A DNA stretch of 64,000 nt from Patescibacteria group bacterium (GTDB lineage Bacteria > Patescibacteriota > Microgenomatia > UBA8517). Location: positions 42,439-106,438 of the forward strand of contig JAHJHG010000001.1 in assembly GCA_018823885.1 (NCBI GenBank). Reading direction: 5' to 3'. Shown in pieces: positions 18,043-27,900 of this stretch. Each line of letters starts with the position of its first letter. Position 1 is the first letter of the stretch. Below the pieces are notes generated by a model, which saw only the letters and a program-made list of their open reading frames with translations, searched no databases and had not been told where the DNA came from. Position numbers and translations under genes: made by a program.

Positions 18043-18143
18043 TGGTCACCAAAAAACAAAAAAAGCTCTTTACATTTCTCATAATCTTGGCTGGAGTAGC
18101 TCTTCTCGCTAGTTCACTTCTTCCATTGCTATACGCCTTTTAA
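18042..18143 (+). CDS. possible small membrane peptide (33 aa) overlapping tyrS stop (TGATG)
   Basis: MVTKKQKKLFTFLIILAGVALLASSLLPLLYAF; basic N-terminus + one TM; not in ORF track. Confidence 0.2.
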   Translation: MVTKKQKKLFTFLIILAGVALLASSLLPLLYAF

Positions 18144-18172
18144 TATATTTGAGTGTAATATTGAATTGTCTT

Positions 18173-20197
18173 ATGGATTTAAACACACCAGCTTCCGAAT
18201 TACCATTAGTCGGCCCTGTCTATGTTTCTAGACTAAAACGACTCGATATTAATACTATTGGCGACTTACTACACCACGTTCCCTCAAGATATTTAGACTT
18301 TAGATTGACTTCCGAAATCAGGAATGTTCGACCAGGCGAAACCGTGACCTTAAGAGGGCAAATAGTATCAATGGATAATATTTACACAAAAAAAGGTACA
18401 AAAATACAAGCCGCTAAGGTAAAGGATTCGACAGGTGAAATAGAAGCTATTTGGTTTAATCAACCCTTTTTAGTAAGAAATCTTCCAGAGGGAACAATCG
18501 TATCGTTGGCAGGAAAGGTCGATTGGTTCGGAAGAAAAATAGCCCTGATATCTCCAGAGTACGAAAAGGTTCTTGGAAATAAGAAATCTCTTCATACGGG
18601 TAGGCTTGTCCCTATTTATCCGGAAACATCAGGTATTAGCTCTAAGTGGATGAGGGGGAAAATTGCCTTTGGATTTGATCAAGTTCAAAATAATATTGAG
18701 GACAACCTGCCAACATCCATATTGAAAAATTTAAATCTCGTCGATTTGTCATCTGCAATCAGCAGTGTCCATTTTCCAAAAACGCTAGAGGAAGTAGAGG
18801 AAGGGAAAAAACGTTTAGCCTTTGACGAACTTCTACGTATTCAACTCAATAGTCTTTGGAAAAAGAAAAAGTGGGAACAAAACAAAGCCAGTTTTCGATT
18901 AAGTGTAAAAATTAAAGATACTTCAAAATTTCTTAAAAAGCTTCCCTTTAAACTAACCGCTTCTCAGGATGATGCCGTAAAAGAAATCCTCGATGATTTA
19001 GGCAAAGACAATCCAATGAATAGGCTTTTGGAGGGAGATGTCGGTTCTGGAAAAACAGTGGTTGCGGCCATTGCGGCCTTTGCCTGTTTTCTGAATGAGC
19101 ACCAAACCGTCTTTATGGCGCCCACACAAATATTAGCTGAGCAACACTTCAAAACACTCAAACAAATGTTTTCACCTTTCAAAGTACGCATTAGCCTTAT
19201 AACCTCAGATGGAATAAAGAAAGACTTTGGCCGATCGGATATTTTTGTCGGCACACATGCGTTGCTTCACAAAAAACTAGATTTAGCCAATGTTGCTTTG
19301 GTTGTTATTGACGAACAACATAAATTCGGAGTCAAACAAAGGGCCCGCTTAATAAGAAAGTCAGGAAACAAGTCTACTGCGCCGCACATATTAACAATGA
19401 CGGCCACTCCTATCCCGCGCACAATTGCTTTGACTTTTTATGGCGATCTCGACCTATCAACTTTGACCGAACTTCCTAAAGGCAGAAAACCAATAAAAAC
19501 ATGGACCATCCCTCCACAGAAGCGCGAATCTGCGTATCAGTGGGTTGGAGAACAAATCAATGAAAATCAGGCACAAGTGTTCGTGATTGTTCCATTAATA
19601 GAAGAGTCTGAAAAAGAAACGATGAAGCAGATTAAAGCAGCAACGTCCGAATACAAAGCGATAAAGAAAATATTTCCAAAATTATCAATCGGGCTTCTTC
19701 ATGGAAGACTGAAAACAAAGGATAAAAACAAGGTCATTGATTTATTTAAAAAAGGCTCAACCGACATTCTAGTTTCCACACCAGTCGTTGAGGTGGGCAT
19801 TGATGTTCCAGCTGCGACAATCATGCTAATTGAGGCAGCCGAACGTTTTGGTTTAGCCCAGCTACACCAATTGCGAGGCAGAATCGGTAGGGGAGAGAAA
19901 GAATCATACTGTCTTCTTTTTGCCGAAACTAAATCTCCCAAAGTGCAAGCCAGACTGAATGCTCTTAAAATAACTATGTCCGGATTCGAATTGGCAGAAT
20001 TGGATTTGAAGTTGCGTGGCCCAGGAGAAATCTTCGGTACCAAACAACACGGATTCCCAGAACTTAAAATTGCTTCCTGGCAAGACACGGAGCTAATTAT
20101 AATTACCAAAGGTCTTGCGCAGAAGGTTTTTAAAAATCCCAAGAAATATAAAAAACTTTCGTCGCGATTTAACAAAGGAAAGATTTTAACCAATTAA
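18173..20197 (+). CDS. recG: ATP-dependent DNA helicase RecG (ORF-track TTG at 18149)
   Basis: Wedge/OB N-domain, Walker A GDVGSGKT, DEQH box (VIDEQHKFGV), helicase C motifs (QLRGRIGRG). Confidence 0.85.
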   Translation: MDLNTPASELPLVGPVYVSRLKRLDINTIGDLLHHVPSRYLDFRLTSEIRNVRPGETVTLRGQIVSMDNIYTKKGTKIQAAKVKDSTGEIEAIWFNQPFLVRNLPEGTIVSLAGKVDWFGRKIALISPEYEKVLGNKKSLHTGRLVPIYPETSGISSKWMRGKIAFGFDQVQNNIEDNLPTSILKNLNLVDLSSAISSVHFPKTLEEVEEGKKRLAFDELLRIQLNSLWKKKKWEQNKASFRLSVKIKDTSKFLKKLPFKLTASQDDAVKEILDDLGKDNPMNRLLEGDVGSGKTVVAAIAAFACFLNEHQTVFMAPTQILAEQHFKTLKQMFSPFKVRISLITSDGIKKDFGRSDIFVGTHALLHKKLDLANVALVVIDEQHKFGVKQRARLIRKSGNKSTAPHILTMTATPIPRTIALTFYGDLDLSTLTELPKGRKPIKTWTIPPQKRESAYQWVGEQINENQAQVFVIVPLIEESEKETMKQIKAATSEYKAIKKIFPKLSIGLLHGRLKTKDKNKVIDLFKKGSTDILVSTPVVEVGIDVPAATIMLIEAAERFGLAQLHQLRGRIGRGEKESYCLLFAETKSPKVQARLNALKITMSGFELAELDLKLRGPGEIFGTKQHGFPELKIASWQDTELIIITKGLAQKVFKNPKKYKKLSSRFNKGKILTN

Positions 20198-20246
20198 ATT
20201 TTCTTTATTGAAACAGGCATGTGATATAGGTTAAACTACCTAAGTT

Positions 20247-20414
20247 ATGGCACCGGTACCAAAGAAAAAACATACCAGAAGCAGAAGTAGCATCAGGCGA
20301 GGGCCAAAAAAGGCAATTCTACCGAAACTTTCGCGTTGTCCTTCTTGTAACTCTTTAAAAGAGTCGCACAGGGCTTGCCCTTCTTGTGGACATCATCATA
20401 CAGATAAAGCATAA
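20247..20414 (+). CDS. rpmF: 50S ribosomal protein L32 (missed by ORF track, 55 aa)
   Basis: MAPVPKKKHTRSRSSIRRG...CPSC...CPSCGHH zinc-ribbon L32 signature. Confidence 0.8.
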   Translation: MAPVPKKKHTRSRSSIRRGPKKAILPKLSRCPSCNSLKESHRACPSCGHHHTDKA

Positions 20415-20428
20415 GTCATACCTAATCG

Positions 20429-20806
20429 ATGAAGACTGCCAAAGACCCGAGACATTTAAAGCGAATTCAAACAGTTAAAGCTCTATTTGCAGAAAGTTTT
20501 GCCCCTCAAGAAAATGTGCCAGATCTAGCTAAAAAGGTTCTTTCTCAGAAAGGTAAAACTGACAAAAAGATACAGGAAGCGGCCCCAGTTTGGCCAGTAG
20601 ACAAACTAAATAAAATAGACCTTGCCATGCTGCGGCTGGCTATCTATGAGCTTGAGAACACAAAAACGCCGCCTAAGGTTGTTATTGACGAAGCAGTTGA
20701 GATCGCCAAACAGTTTGGAAGTGAAAGCTCTCCTTCCTTTGTTAATGGTGTTCTCGGTACAATTTATAAGGACAAAGTTGAAGTAAAAACCAAAAAAGAT
20801 GACTGA
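20429..20806 (+). CDS. nusB: NusB-family transcription antitermination protein
   Basis: DLAMLRLAIYEL...PPKVVIDEAVEIAKQFGSESSPSFVNGVLGTI matches NusB core. Confidence 0.7.
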   Translation: MKTAKDPRHLKRIQTVKALFAESFAPQENVPDLAKKVLSQKGKTDKKIQEAAPVWPVDKLNKIDLAMLRLAIYELENTKTPPKVVIDEAVEIAKQFGSESSPSFVNGVLGTIYKDKVEVKTKKDD

Positions 20807-21050
20807 AAAAGCAAAAGACATTTCTCAAAAGATAAAATCTATCCTAGCCGAACATATTGGTGTTGACGAGGAAGAGTTAAGTAGTGAGGACAGATTCAAG
20901 AATGATATACACATGTCGGCGACAGATTTTGCTGATTTTGTGGAAAAACTTAACCTAGCCGGCTTTGACACCACCAGACTGGACTTAATGGAAATGGAAA
21001 GTGTCGGAGATTTAGTAGAAAACATTGTTTCTCAGGAGGAGCTAAATTGA
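20799..21050 (+). CDS. acyl-carrier-protein-like small acidic protein
   Basis: 83 aa acidic four-helix-like; candidate phosphopantetheine Ser in HMSATDFADFVEKL (cf. DSLD motif); divergent. Confidence 0.45.
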   Translation: MTEKAKDISQKIKSILAEHIGVDEEELSSEDRFKNDIHMSATDFADFVEKLNLAGFDTTRLDLMEMESVGDLVENIVSQEELN

Positions 21051-21715
21051 CACAGGCAGAGAAATTAACAAAAGTATTTAAAGATCAGGAACTTCTAGAA
21101 CAGGCTTTCACGCACAAATCTTGGGTTAATGAAAATAAAAACAAACGAAAAAGTAATGAAAGGCTTGAATTTTTAGGAGACGCTATTTTAGAATTCATCG
21201 TTTCCAGAGAAATTTACCTCACGTTTCCAAACAAAGAAGAAGGGTATTTGACCACTCTTAGGTCTAATCTCGTAAATACAAAAAATCTTGCTCATGTTGC
21301 TGAAAAATTAGGCATCGGAGAAAAAATATATCTTTCTCGCGGGGAAGAAGATGGTGGAGGTAGAAAGAACAGTTCTCTCCTTGCTGATACATTAGAAGCT
21401 GTTATTGGCGCACTTTTTCTTGATCAAGGTATGGACACTGTATATGAATTCATAAAAGAACATCTTCTGTCTGAGGTTCCTGAAAAAATATCCAAACCTT
21501 TAAAAGATGCCAAAAGTAGACTACAGGAGTACGTTCAATCCCAGGGACATCCTGCCCCAATATATAAAGTAATTAAAGCGTCAGGCCCTGATCATAATAA
21601 AAATTTTATTGTCGAGGTACTGGTTGCTGGGAAGCGTAAAGGTCAAGGCACTGGTAAAAATAAAAGTAGCGCGGCTCAGGCAGCGGCTGAAAATGTATTA
21701 AATAACGCATCATAA
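21047..21715 (+). CDS. rnc: ribonuclease III
   Basis: ERLEFLGDAILEF catalytic signature; C-terminal dsRBD. Confidence 0.85.
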   Translation: MTQAEKLTKVFKDQELLEQAFTHKSWVNENKNKRKSNERLEFLGDAILEFIVSREIYLTFPNKEEGYLTTLRSNLVNTKNLAHVAEKLGIGEKIYLSRGEEDGGGRKNSSLLADTLEAVIGALFLDQGMDTVYEFIKEHLLSEVPEKISKPLKDAKSRLQEYVQSQGHPAPIYKVIKASGPDHNKNFIVEVLVAGKRKGQGTGKNKSSAAQAAAENVLNNAS

Positions 21716-21774
21716 GAATGCTTTATTGCTTATAGCCTTGTAAATTAGCCTGAAAGTAAGTAAAATCGAACACT

Positions 21775-21999
21775 ATGGTAAAGATCAGACTAGCTAGAGG
21801 TGGAGCCAAAAACAATCCTTTTTATAGGATTGTGGCAATAGACACAAAACGAAAAAGAGGCGGTAAGCCTCTCGATATCATTGGTTTTTGGCATCCCGCT
21901 AAAGATGTTAAAAAAATTGATACAAAAAAGATAGATGATTGGGTTAAAAAGGGAGCACAAATATCACAAGCAGTTGAGAAGCTACTTAAGGAAAAATAA
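21775..21999 (+). CDS. rpsP: 30S ribosomal protein S16
   Basis: MVKIRLARGGAKNNPFYRIVAIDTKRKRGG. Confidence 0.9.
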   Translation: MVKIRLARGGAKNNPFYRIVAIDTKRKRGGKPLDIIGFWHPAKDVKKIDTKKIDDWVKKGAQISQAVEKLLKEK

Positions 22000-22000
22000 T

Positions 22001-22234
22001 ATGCGCGACTTACTAGATTTTTTAATCGGCGGTATTGTTGGAAACAAAGACTTTGAAATCGAGGAAAGCCAAGAAGCTGATCGTAGTGATTTTGAAGTCA
22101 AAATAGACCCTTCATTTTTTGGTTTAGTTATCGGAAAAGGCGGGAAAACAATAAAAGCCATCAGAAACCTACTTAAGGTCCGTGCCACTATCGAAAAAAA
22201 AGGTGTAAATATTTCTGTTACAGAAAAAGAATAA
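22001..22234 (+). CDS. KH-domain RNA-binding protein (YlqC-like), start ATG 22001
   Basis: VIGKGGKTIKAIRNLL GxxG KH motif; conserved position downstream of rpsP. Confidence 0.7.
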   Translation: MRDLLDFLIGGIVGNKDFEIEESQEADRSDFEVKIDPSFFGLVIGKGGKTIKAIRNLLKVRATIEKKGVNISVTEKE

Positions 22235-22248
22235 CTTCTCAGCTTTTT

Positions 22249-22947
22249 CTAATACGCAAACGGGTCAATTCTTGCTGATGGGGCAGCCGGTAATATCTGG
22301 GTAAAGAGCGGCTGTTCAAGACCTGAAAGTTCCGTAATTAAACCTGTTTCACCCGCTGATAATTCTTGTACTGGTTCGGAAATCGCTGGAAGTTTTGTCG
22401 GCAGCGGTGCCCAAAAAACAGCTAAATCGACACTAGCCCTTATCACTCCTCCTGCCTGCGCAATTTCTACTCGGTCAATAACAGAAAGAGGTGCAAAGCT
22501 TTCAGTTGAGATAAGATAATTTAGAACTTGAGACAACGTACCTTCCACTTCAAATGAAATCGTTGTTTTAGAAGGGCCAGATTTGCCTTTTGTTTCCCCC
22601 CCAATTTCAATGCTGCCTATATTTAATGCACTTTTTTCAGCTAAATTTTTCAGCTGTGAAAGTGCTACTAATGACGGATTCTTGTCCGGCATCGCTATAA
22701 TCGCTGTGTCCGCATATGACAAAATATTGCTTTCAATAGTTTGTAAAACTTGCTGCTTTTGACTAAGGATTGTTTCGTTTTTGGTTGCTTTTTGAAACTC
22801 AACCCTTTGAGTACTAATTCTACCTATGCCAACTTTAAATATTACTATTACCAATATGACCATTGCCGAAAGTAAGCCCAATGGCAACAACATCACTTTC
22901 ATTTTTTGCGGAATAAAAGCTGTGTCTTTTGAACTTATAATTGCCAT
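22249..22947 (-). CDS. pilO: type IV pilus assembly protein PilO-like
   Basis: Single N-terminal TM + periplasmic domain, last gene of pilM-N-O triad; assignment by context. Confidence 0.5.
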   Translation of the reverse strand: MAIISSKDTAFIPQKMKVMLLPLGLLSAMVILVIVIFKVGIGRISTQRVEFQKATKNETILSQKQQVLQTIESNILSYADTAIIAMPDKNPSLVALSQLKNLAEKSALNIGSIEIGGETKGKSGPSKTTISFEVEGTLSQVLNYLISTESFAPLSVIDRVEIAQAGGVIRASVDLAVFWAPLPTKLPAISEPVQELSAGETGLITELSGLEQPLFTQILPAAPSARIDPFAY

Positions 22948-22958
22948 TTCAATAATTT

Positions 22959-23486
22959 TTACTTTGAAAGACTAACACTCACTATATAACCTGCATTTAT
23001 GTTAAATGCAAACGACGTAAGTTTAATGTTTTCATAATAGTCAGTTGCCAGTAATGAGGCCAACGTTTTTGTAAGACCAGATGAGCTTTTTGCCACAATC
23101 GATATTTCTGTCTTGGCTGCTGCAACCTGCGCCTCTCTTATCTCAACCTCTTCAGGGAGGGTAGAAAAGAGTAAATCTAAATCCTCTATTGCACCCACAG
23201 CCGTTTCCTTCCCTAAGACTTCACTTGCATATTTTAATCTGTCTTTTGTTAATACAAGCCTTTGCTCGGTTTGTTCAAGAGATTTTATACCAGCTTTTAG
23301 CTGATCTTGTTGAATATTTGAATTTCTTATTTGAAAAGAAGTAATGACTAAAAATGCAATTATTCCAACGGCAGAAACTATCACCAAGACCAGTCCTACA
23401 ATACTTGCATTTTTAATAATTTGCGATGCTTTCGCTATTGAGCTTTTAGGCGAAAGGTCCGTTGGTAGAAGATTTATGGCAGGCAT
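22959..23486 (-). CDS. pilN: type IV pilus assembly protein PilN-like
   Basis: Short cytoplasmic N-terminus INLLP (PilM-binding motif), TM, coiled-coil periplasmic part. Confidence 0.6.
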   Translation of the reverse strand: MPAINLLPTDLSPKSSIAKASQIIKNASIVGLVLVIVSAVGIIAFLVITSFQIRNSNIQQDQLKAGIKSLEQTEQRLVLTKDRLKYASEVLGKETAVGAIEDLDLLFSTLPEEVEIREAQVAAAKTEISIVAKSSSGLTKTLASLLATDYYENIKLTSFAFNINAGYIVSVSLSK

Positions 23487-23489
23487 ATT

Positions 23490-24506
23490 TTATTCTCCTC
23501 CTAGTGCTAATCCTAAAGCAATCGAGTACAAGGGAGCATATGGGGCTATTTTTTTGGCCGTTTCAGGATCAAGTAATATTTTAGCAAAGGGATTCCCAAC
23601 AACAACCTCCAAGTTTAAACTTTTTGAGAGGGTAGAAATGGCTTCCGGTAAACCAGCCGTACCCCCAGAAAGAACTACTGTTTGTGGAGAATCACCTTTT
23701 TCCTCAGTTTGGTAAAATTGAATCGCCTTCTTAATTTCCTCCGCCACTAACCTAAAAACAGGGCCTAGCGCCCCACTTATTTTACCCTCAAGTTGATTTC
23801 CGGAAAGACCATACGTTTTTTTATATTCTTCTGCTTGCTTGGGGTCAACTCCGAGAGATTGTGCAACAGCGCGAGTAAATGCTTCACCGGCCGTCGGTAT
23901 TGAACGAGAAAAAGAAAGCAATCCGTTTTTTGCTATCGCAATATCCGTTGATCTTGCCCCAAAATCAACCAAAAGAACAGTTTGATCGACGGGTGCCAAC
24001 GCTCTCACCAAAGACACAAGTTCCGTTTCGACGGCGGATACGGTTAATCCAGCCATTTGGGCAACTTTCACATATTTTTCTACAAGTATTCTTGGGGCTG
24101 CAACAAGTAAAGCTAAAACTTCCGGAGGAGAAGTATTTTCTCTTCTCTCCAACACTTGATGTTGAATTATTGCCTCGTTAATTGGAATAGGAATATATTG
24201 TTCTGCCTCCCATTTTACGGCTGAGGCCACCTCCTGATCAGTTAAGAGTGGGAACTTTATAGTTCGAGTAAAAACTTGAGGTTCGGGTAAAGCAATTGAT
24301 ATGTCTTTTGATGAAACATTTGATTCTTTGTGTAATTTTCGTATTAACCCCGAAAGAGCCGTTAATTCTTTTTCGTCCTGCATGTGTTCTATCGGGTTTC
24401 CTGAATATCCAACAACACCTGAGCTTCTAAGCTTCCACTTTCCACCATCCTTGGCCAATTCCACCATCTTTATTGTCTTTGAACCAATGTCGAGTCCTAC
24501 GCTCAT
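23490..24506 (-). CDS. pilM: type IV pilus assembly ATPase-fold protein PilM
   Basis: Actin/FtsA-like fold motifs (GLDIGSKTIK, DFGARSTD, LSGGTAGLP). Confidence 0.8.
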   Translation of the reverse strand: MSVGLDIGSKTIKMVELAKDGGKWKLRSSGVVGYSGNPIEHMQDEKELTALSGLIRKLHKESNVSSKDISIALPEPQVFTRTIKFPLLTDQEVASAVKWEAEQYIPIPINEAIIQHQVLERRENTSPPEVLALLVAAPRILVEKYVKVAQMAGLTVSAVETELVSLVRALAPVDQTVLLVDFGARSTDIAIAKNGLLSFSRSIPTAGEAFTRAVAQSLGVDPKQAEEYKKTYGLSGNQLEGKISGALGPVFRLVAEEIKKAIQFYQTEEKGDSPQTVVLSGGTAGLPEAISTLSKSLNLEVVVGNPFAKILLDPETAKKIAPYAPLYSIALGLALGGE

Positions 24507-25417
24507 TTAACAATTCCTCCTGGGCTAAACAACACAGCATCAAAGATTGGGGGGAGCTCGCCGAAGGTTTGAAAAACTTCGATTCTTCGGTTGGCTTCAC
24601 CGGAAGAGCCCGCCGATTCGATTCTTACTCCTTGTGATGGCAAATTATTGCCAGAAGCTGATACATCCACGCCTAATGTGTGAGCCAGGTCTGTATTATA
24701 AAGAATACGAATTTTGGCAAATTGCAATCCATTTTGGCTGCCATATGCTGAGATCGGAATACCTAAGTCAGTACCAAAATCAATAATTTTTCGAAAAGCA
24801 AATTCTTTGCCATCAATTACACAATCTGTGCCGAATCCATCAGCTTGAAATTTGTTTGTTTCCCTTCGGGCTGAATTAGGGTCTCGTGCATCACGAGCAA
24901 TCATAAGAGTAGAGTAGTCTCCTGGAGTTTCGGCATAGAAAATACTTGTTTCTATTGCCGGCGTCGTATTGGAATCAGGAGCTGTTCCTGGCTCTCCCCA
25001 ACAAACCTTCATAATACTCCCTGTAAAACATTCACCCGTGTCGCAGGTTAAAGTTCCATCATCTTCATCATGATCTATGAACCAAACTACAGCCGTCTCC
25101 CCAGATAATAATTTTTCGGGATACACATACTCTAATTGACCTTCCCCAAAATTGCTAACCGTGGCGTTGAAACTGGCACCATCTCCAAACTCTCCTGCAT
25201 TGTTGCCAATTATTAAAGCCTTTTCTACCCCTGCCTCTGCGGCAGCAAAAGCCCTTAATGCTTCTTCTTCTTTGGTGGTTACCGTAATATCCGTTATCGT
25301 GCGAGAAAGCACAGAAAGAACTATTGTTAAAACCACAGCCATTGAAAGAAGCACAAGAAGTAAAGCTTGACCACTTTGGTATCTCTTAATCTTTGCTTTA
25401 ATAGGCAGAAAATCCAT
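24503..25417 (-). CDS. PilX-N-like minor pilin / pilus-associated protein
   Basis: N-terminus QSGQALLLVLLSMAVVLTIVL resembles PilX_N domain; large secreted C-terminal domain. Confidence 0.5.
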   Translation of the reverse strand: MDFLPIKAKIKRYQSGQALLLVLLSMAVVLTIVLSVLSRTITDITVTTKEEEALRAFAAAEAGVEKALIIGNNAGEFGDGASFNATVSNFGEGQLEYVYPEKLLSGETAVVWFIDHDEDDGTLTCDTGECFTGSIMKVCWGEPGTAPDSNTTPAIETSIFYAETPGDYSTLMIARDARDPNSARRETNKFQADGFGTDCVIDGKEFAFRKIIDFGTDLGIPISAYGSQNGLQFAKIRILYNTDLAHTLGVDVSASGNNLPSQGVRIESAGSSGEANRRIEVFQTFGELPPIFDAVLFSPGGIVK

Positions 25418-25462
25418 ACAAATTCAGTCTAACAAGATGTGTAAATTAAATCAATTAAACAA

Positions 25463-25972
25463 CTAATAAGTACGTAAAAATATTTTAGTTGAAATCGTAA
25501 CTTCTCCACCTTCCATGGCACTCAAATTGGCATCGTGTGCGCTAATGGAAATAATTACCGCCGGATTTGTTTCACCGACTGCATCCTCACACACAAAACT
25601 GCAGCCTGCAACATCCACTTCGCTGTTGGTTAGTCTTCCTGAAGCCGAGGCAATATACCCGCCATCTTCATCAGTACCGCAAGAAAATGAAGTCGCAACA
25701 CCATTTTCATCTAGGTAAGAAATAATGTCTGTCTCCGTGTCGGAACAATCTATTATTGATTCGGCGTTGCGAATATTTCTTTCGATTATGGCCAGAGAGT
25801 AATCAACGTTTCCGCGAACTTTTGTTAATGATTCACTCTTTTTAGATCCTCTTAGTGTTAAAAGTACTGCTTGTGTTGTCAATATGGCTAAAATCGAAAA
25901 AACAGTAATCACCACCAATATTTCAAGAAGGCTAAACCCTTGAGCCCCTTTAACTGTTATCTTTTTGTTCAT
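25463..25972 (-). CDS. minor pilin / pseudopilin (class III signal)
   Basis: G|FSLLEILVV prepilin motif with E+5. Confidence 0.65.
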   Translation of the reverse strand: MNKKITVKGAQGFSLLEILVVITVFSILAILTTQAVLLTLRGSKKSESLTKVRGNVDYSLAIIERNIRNAESIIDCSDTETDIISYLDENGVATSFSCGTDEDGGYIASASGRLTNSEVDVAGCSFVCEDAVGETNPAVIISISAHDANLSAMEGGEVTISTKIFLRTY

Positions 25973-25975
25973 TTT

Positions 25976-26428
25976 CTAAAATACATTTCTCCAATCCGTC
26001 AAAATTGTGTTATTCCGCACTTCATGGATACCCTGCGTATCTGTCCAATACGTTGTTATTTCAACTGTTACGCTATCCACCTCAATGTCGGAAAAGGATA
26101 TTTCTCTTTTAAATAGGTTTTCAATATATTCCGTTTCGTCACAGGTACCGCAATCCCCCCAGACAAGAGCATCTAAACATTGAGTATGAGGCGGAGTCGG
26201 ACAGATAATAAAATTGGTACTAAAAACGTCCCAGCCCTCGTCTCTTTGCCCCCTTACCCATTCAGAAGCTTCTTGGGTGTAGCGAGTAGCGTATGTTTTA
26301 TTTCTTGAATAACCCGAATTTCTAATTGAACTTGTAACTAAAGCAACTAGGGCGACCATTATTAATGTTGCCAAGCCTAGAGCCAAAACAACTTCAAATA
26401 GGGATTGTCCGCTATTATTTTTTTTCAT
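25976..26428 (-). CDS. minor pilin / pseudopilin
   Basis: G|QSLFEVVLAL prepilin-like N-terminus with E+5. Confidence 0.6.
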   Translation of the reverse strand: MKKNNSGQSLFEVVLALGLATLIMVALVALVTSSIRNSGYSRNKTYATRYTQEASEWVRGQRDEGWDVFSTNFIICPTPPHTQCLDALVWGDCGTCDETEYIENLFKREISFSDIEVDSVTVEITTYWTDTQGIHEVRNNTILTDWRNVF

Positions 26429-26937
26429 TTTATTTCACCCTCGGGACTAACCGTAATGACTTGGGTATTTCCTGTTGCTGTTTGAGTCAGCGTAAGAATA
26501 GCCGGGTCAGCAAGACTTGTTCCTTTACCTATAACTTTGAATGTGAAACGATTAGGGACTGCCGTCAAAGATATCTCTGAAGTCATCTCTACAGCTTTGT
26601 CTTCAACCAATCCGCCAATACAATTTGCCTGAATGATATATGAAGTGGCTGAGTCCACAAAAAAATCATAGCCATTTAATGATCCCTCTCCGCTACAGGC
26701 TACGGACGCAGGCTTTTTCCCTGACAATGCCTGCTCTTGAGCCAAGCTTAAATCTGCTTTCAAACGCCTGGCGCTACCAACAAGTGCCTGTCTTCTAGCA
26801 AAATCCCTGTAACTTATATAGCCAAAGCTGAAAATAAGACCGATTATCGACATGCCCACCAATATTTCAATTAAGGTATAACCTGATAAATTAATCTTTC
26901 TTTGACGGACAAGTACTGGGGGAGCAGGTTTCAGCAT
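26425..26937 (-). CDS. minor pilin (GspH/FimT-like)
   Basis: G|YTLIEILVGMSIIGLI prepilin motif. Confidence 0.6.
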   Translation of the reverse strand: MLKPAPPVLVRQRKINLSGYTLIEILVGMSIIGLIFSFGYISYRDFARRQALVGSARRLKADLSLAQEQALSGKKPASVACSGEGSLNGYDFFVDSATSYIIQANCIGGLVEDKAVEMTSEISLTAVPNRFTFKVIGKGTSLADPAILTLTQTATGNTQVITVSPEGEIK

Positions 26938-27001
26938 GCTTTGTTATCACTATACACTATCAATTTAGCACTAATCATCTATTTTCAAGAAATGTATTGT
27001 C

Positions 27002-27430
27002 TTAGGGGTTTACAACCTGATAGGTGCAAGTTTCTCCACAACTTCCACTACAAGTATCAGTGCCATCATCTTCTAGAGCCGCACAAAGTTCATACGTAAG
27101 TCCATCCGACGAATAGTAGTAAGTCCTTAGCGGCAGTGGATCTGTCGGCACTTCTGCAATGTAAGTTGTTGAAGTTAGGCAAGTATTACCTGATGTTTGT
27201 GACCCTTCGAGTGAAGAACCAAGTGCGACAGGATAACTACCGCAATCTGCTTTATATATTTCTATTCCAGAACGTATTAGTTCTAGGTCTGCTTTTCTAT
27301 TACTGTTTCTTGAAGATTCTCGGGCAGACTGTAAACCAAAAATCGATAATCCGACCAAGATCCCGATAATAGAAATCACTACAAGCAACTCAATTAAAGT
27401 AAACCCTTTTATTCTATTTTTAATCTTCAT
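27002..27430 (-). CDS. type IV pilin, GspG-like (start ATG 27430, ATGA overlap with upstream gene)
   Basis: KG|FTLIELLVVISIIGIL; T2SS-G-like KADLELIRSGIEIYKADCGSYP. Confidence 0.7.
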   Translation of the reverse strand: MKIKNRIKGFTLIELLVVISIIGILVGLSIFGLQSARESSRNSNRKADLELIRSGIEIYKADCGSYPVALGSSLEGSQTSGNTCLTSTTYIAEVPTDPLPLRTYYYSSDGLTYELCAALEDDGTDTCSGSCGETCTYQVVNP

Positions 27431-27894
27431 GGCTGAACTGTATACTCCCAACCCGTTGTACAATCTACAGATACCTGTCCTTTTTCATCACTTGCGTTCT
27501 CAAGACAAGCTGTCAAAGTATAATTATCGGCATCTATTTGTTGATAGCTATACGAAACATCGGGGAGGGGATCGTCAGGAAGAGTTGACATATATGTTTG
27601 AATACCCGATTCAAAGGGGTCATCACCCCAAATACAAATACTTTCTCCGAGTGCCCCGCAACCGGCGATATTTGATGCCATGTTGGCAGGATATTTGTCG
27701 TAATCATTGTAGTAAAGCCTAAGGGCTGTTTGAATATTTCTTAAATCACTTTTCCTTTGGGCATCTCTCCCTCGCTGCCTTGCTGCATTTAGGTTGGCAA
27801 GTACCAGTGTCGCCAAAACTCCGATTAGTGAAACAACGACAAGTAATTCAATTAAAGTAAAACCTGTTTGTTTTTTCTTCGTATAATATTTCAT
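27427..27894 (-). CDS. type IV pilin, GspG-like
   Basis: TG|FTLIELLVVVSLIG; RKSDLRNIQTALRLYYNDYDKYP. Confidence 0.7.
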   Translation of the reverse strand: MKYYTKKKQTGFTLIELLVVVSLIGVLATLVLANLNAARQRGRDAQRKSDLRNIQTALRLYYNDYDKYPANMASNIAGCGALGESICIWGDDPFESGIQTYMSTLPDDPLPDVSYSYQQIDADNYTLTACLENASDEKGQVSVDCTTGWEYTVQP

Positions 27895-27900
27895 TTAATC

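Noticed and set aside
23344-23715. 123-aa + ORF
   Set aside because: Antisense to pilN/pilM, whose domain signatures are clear.
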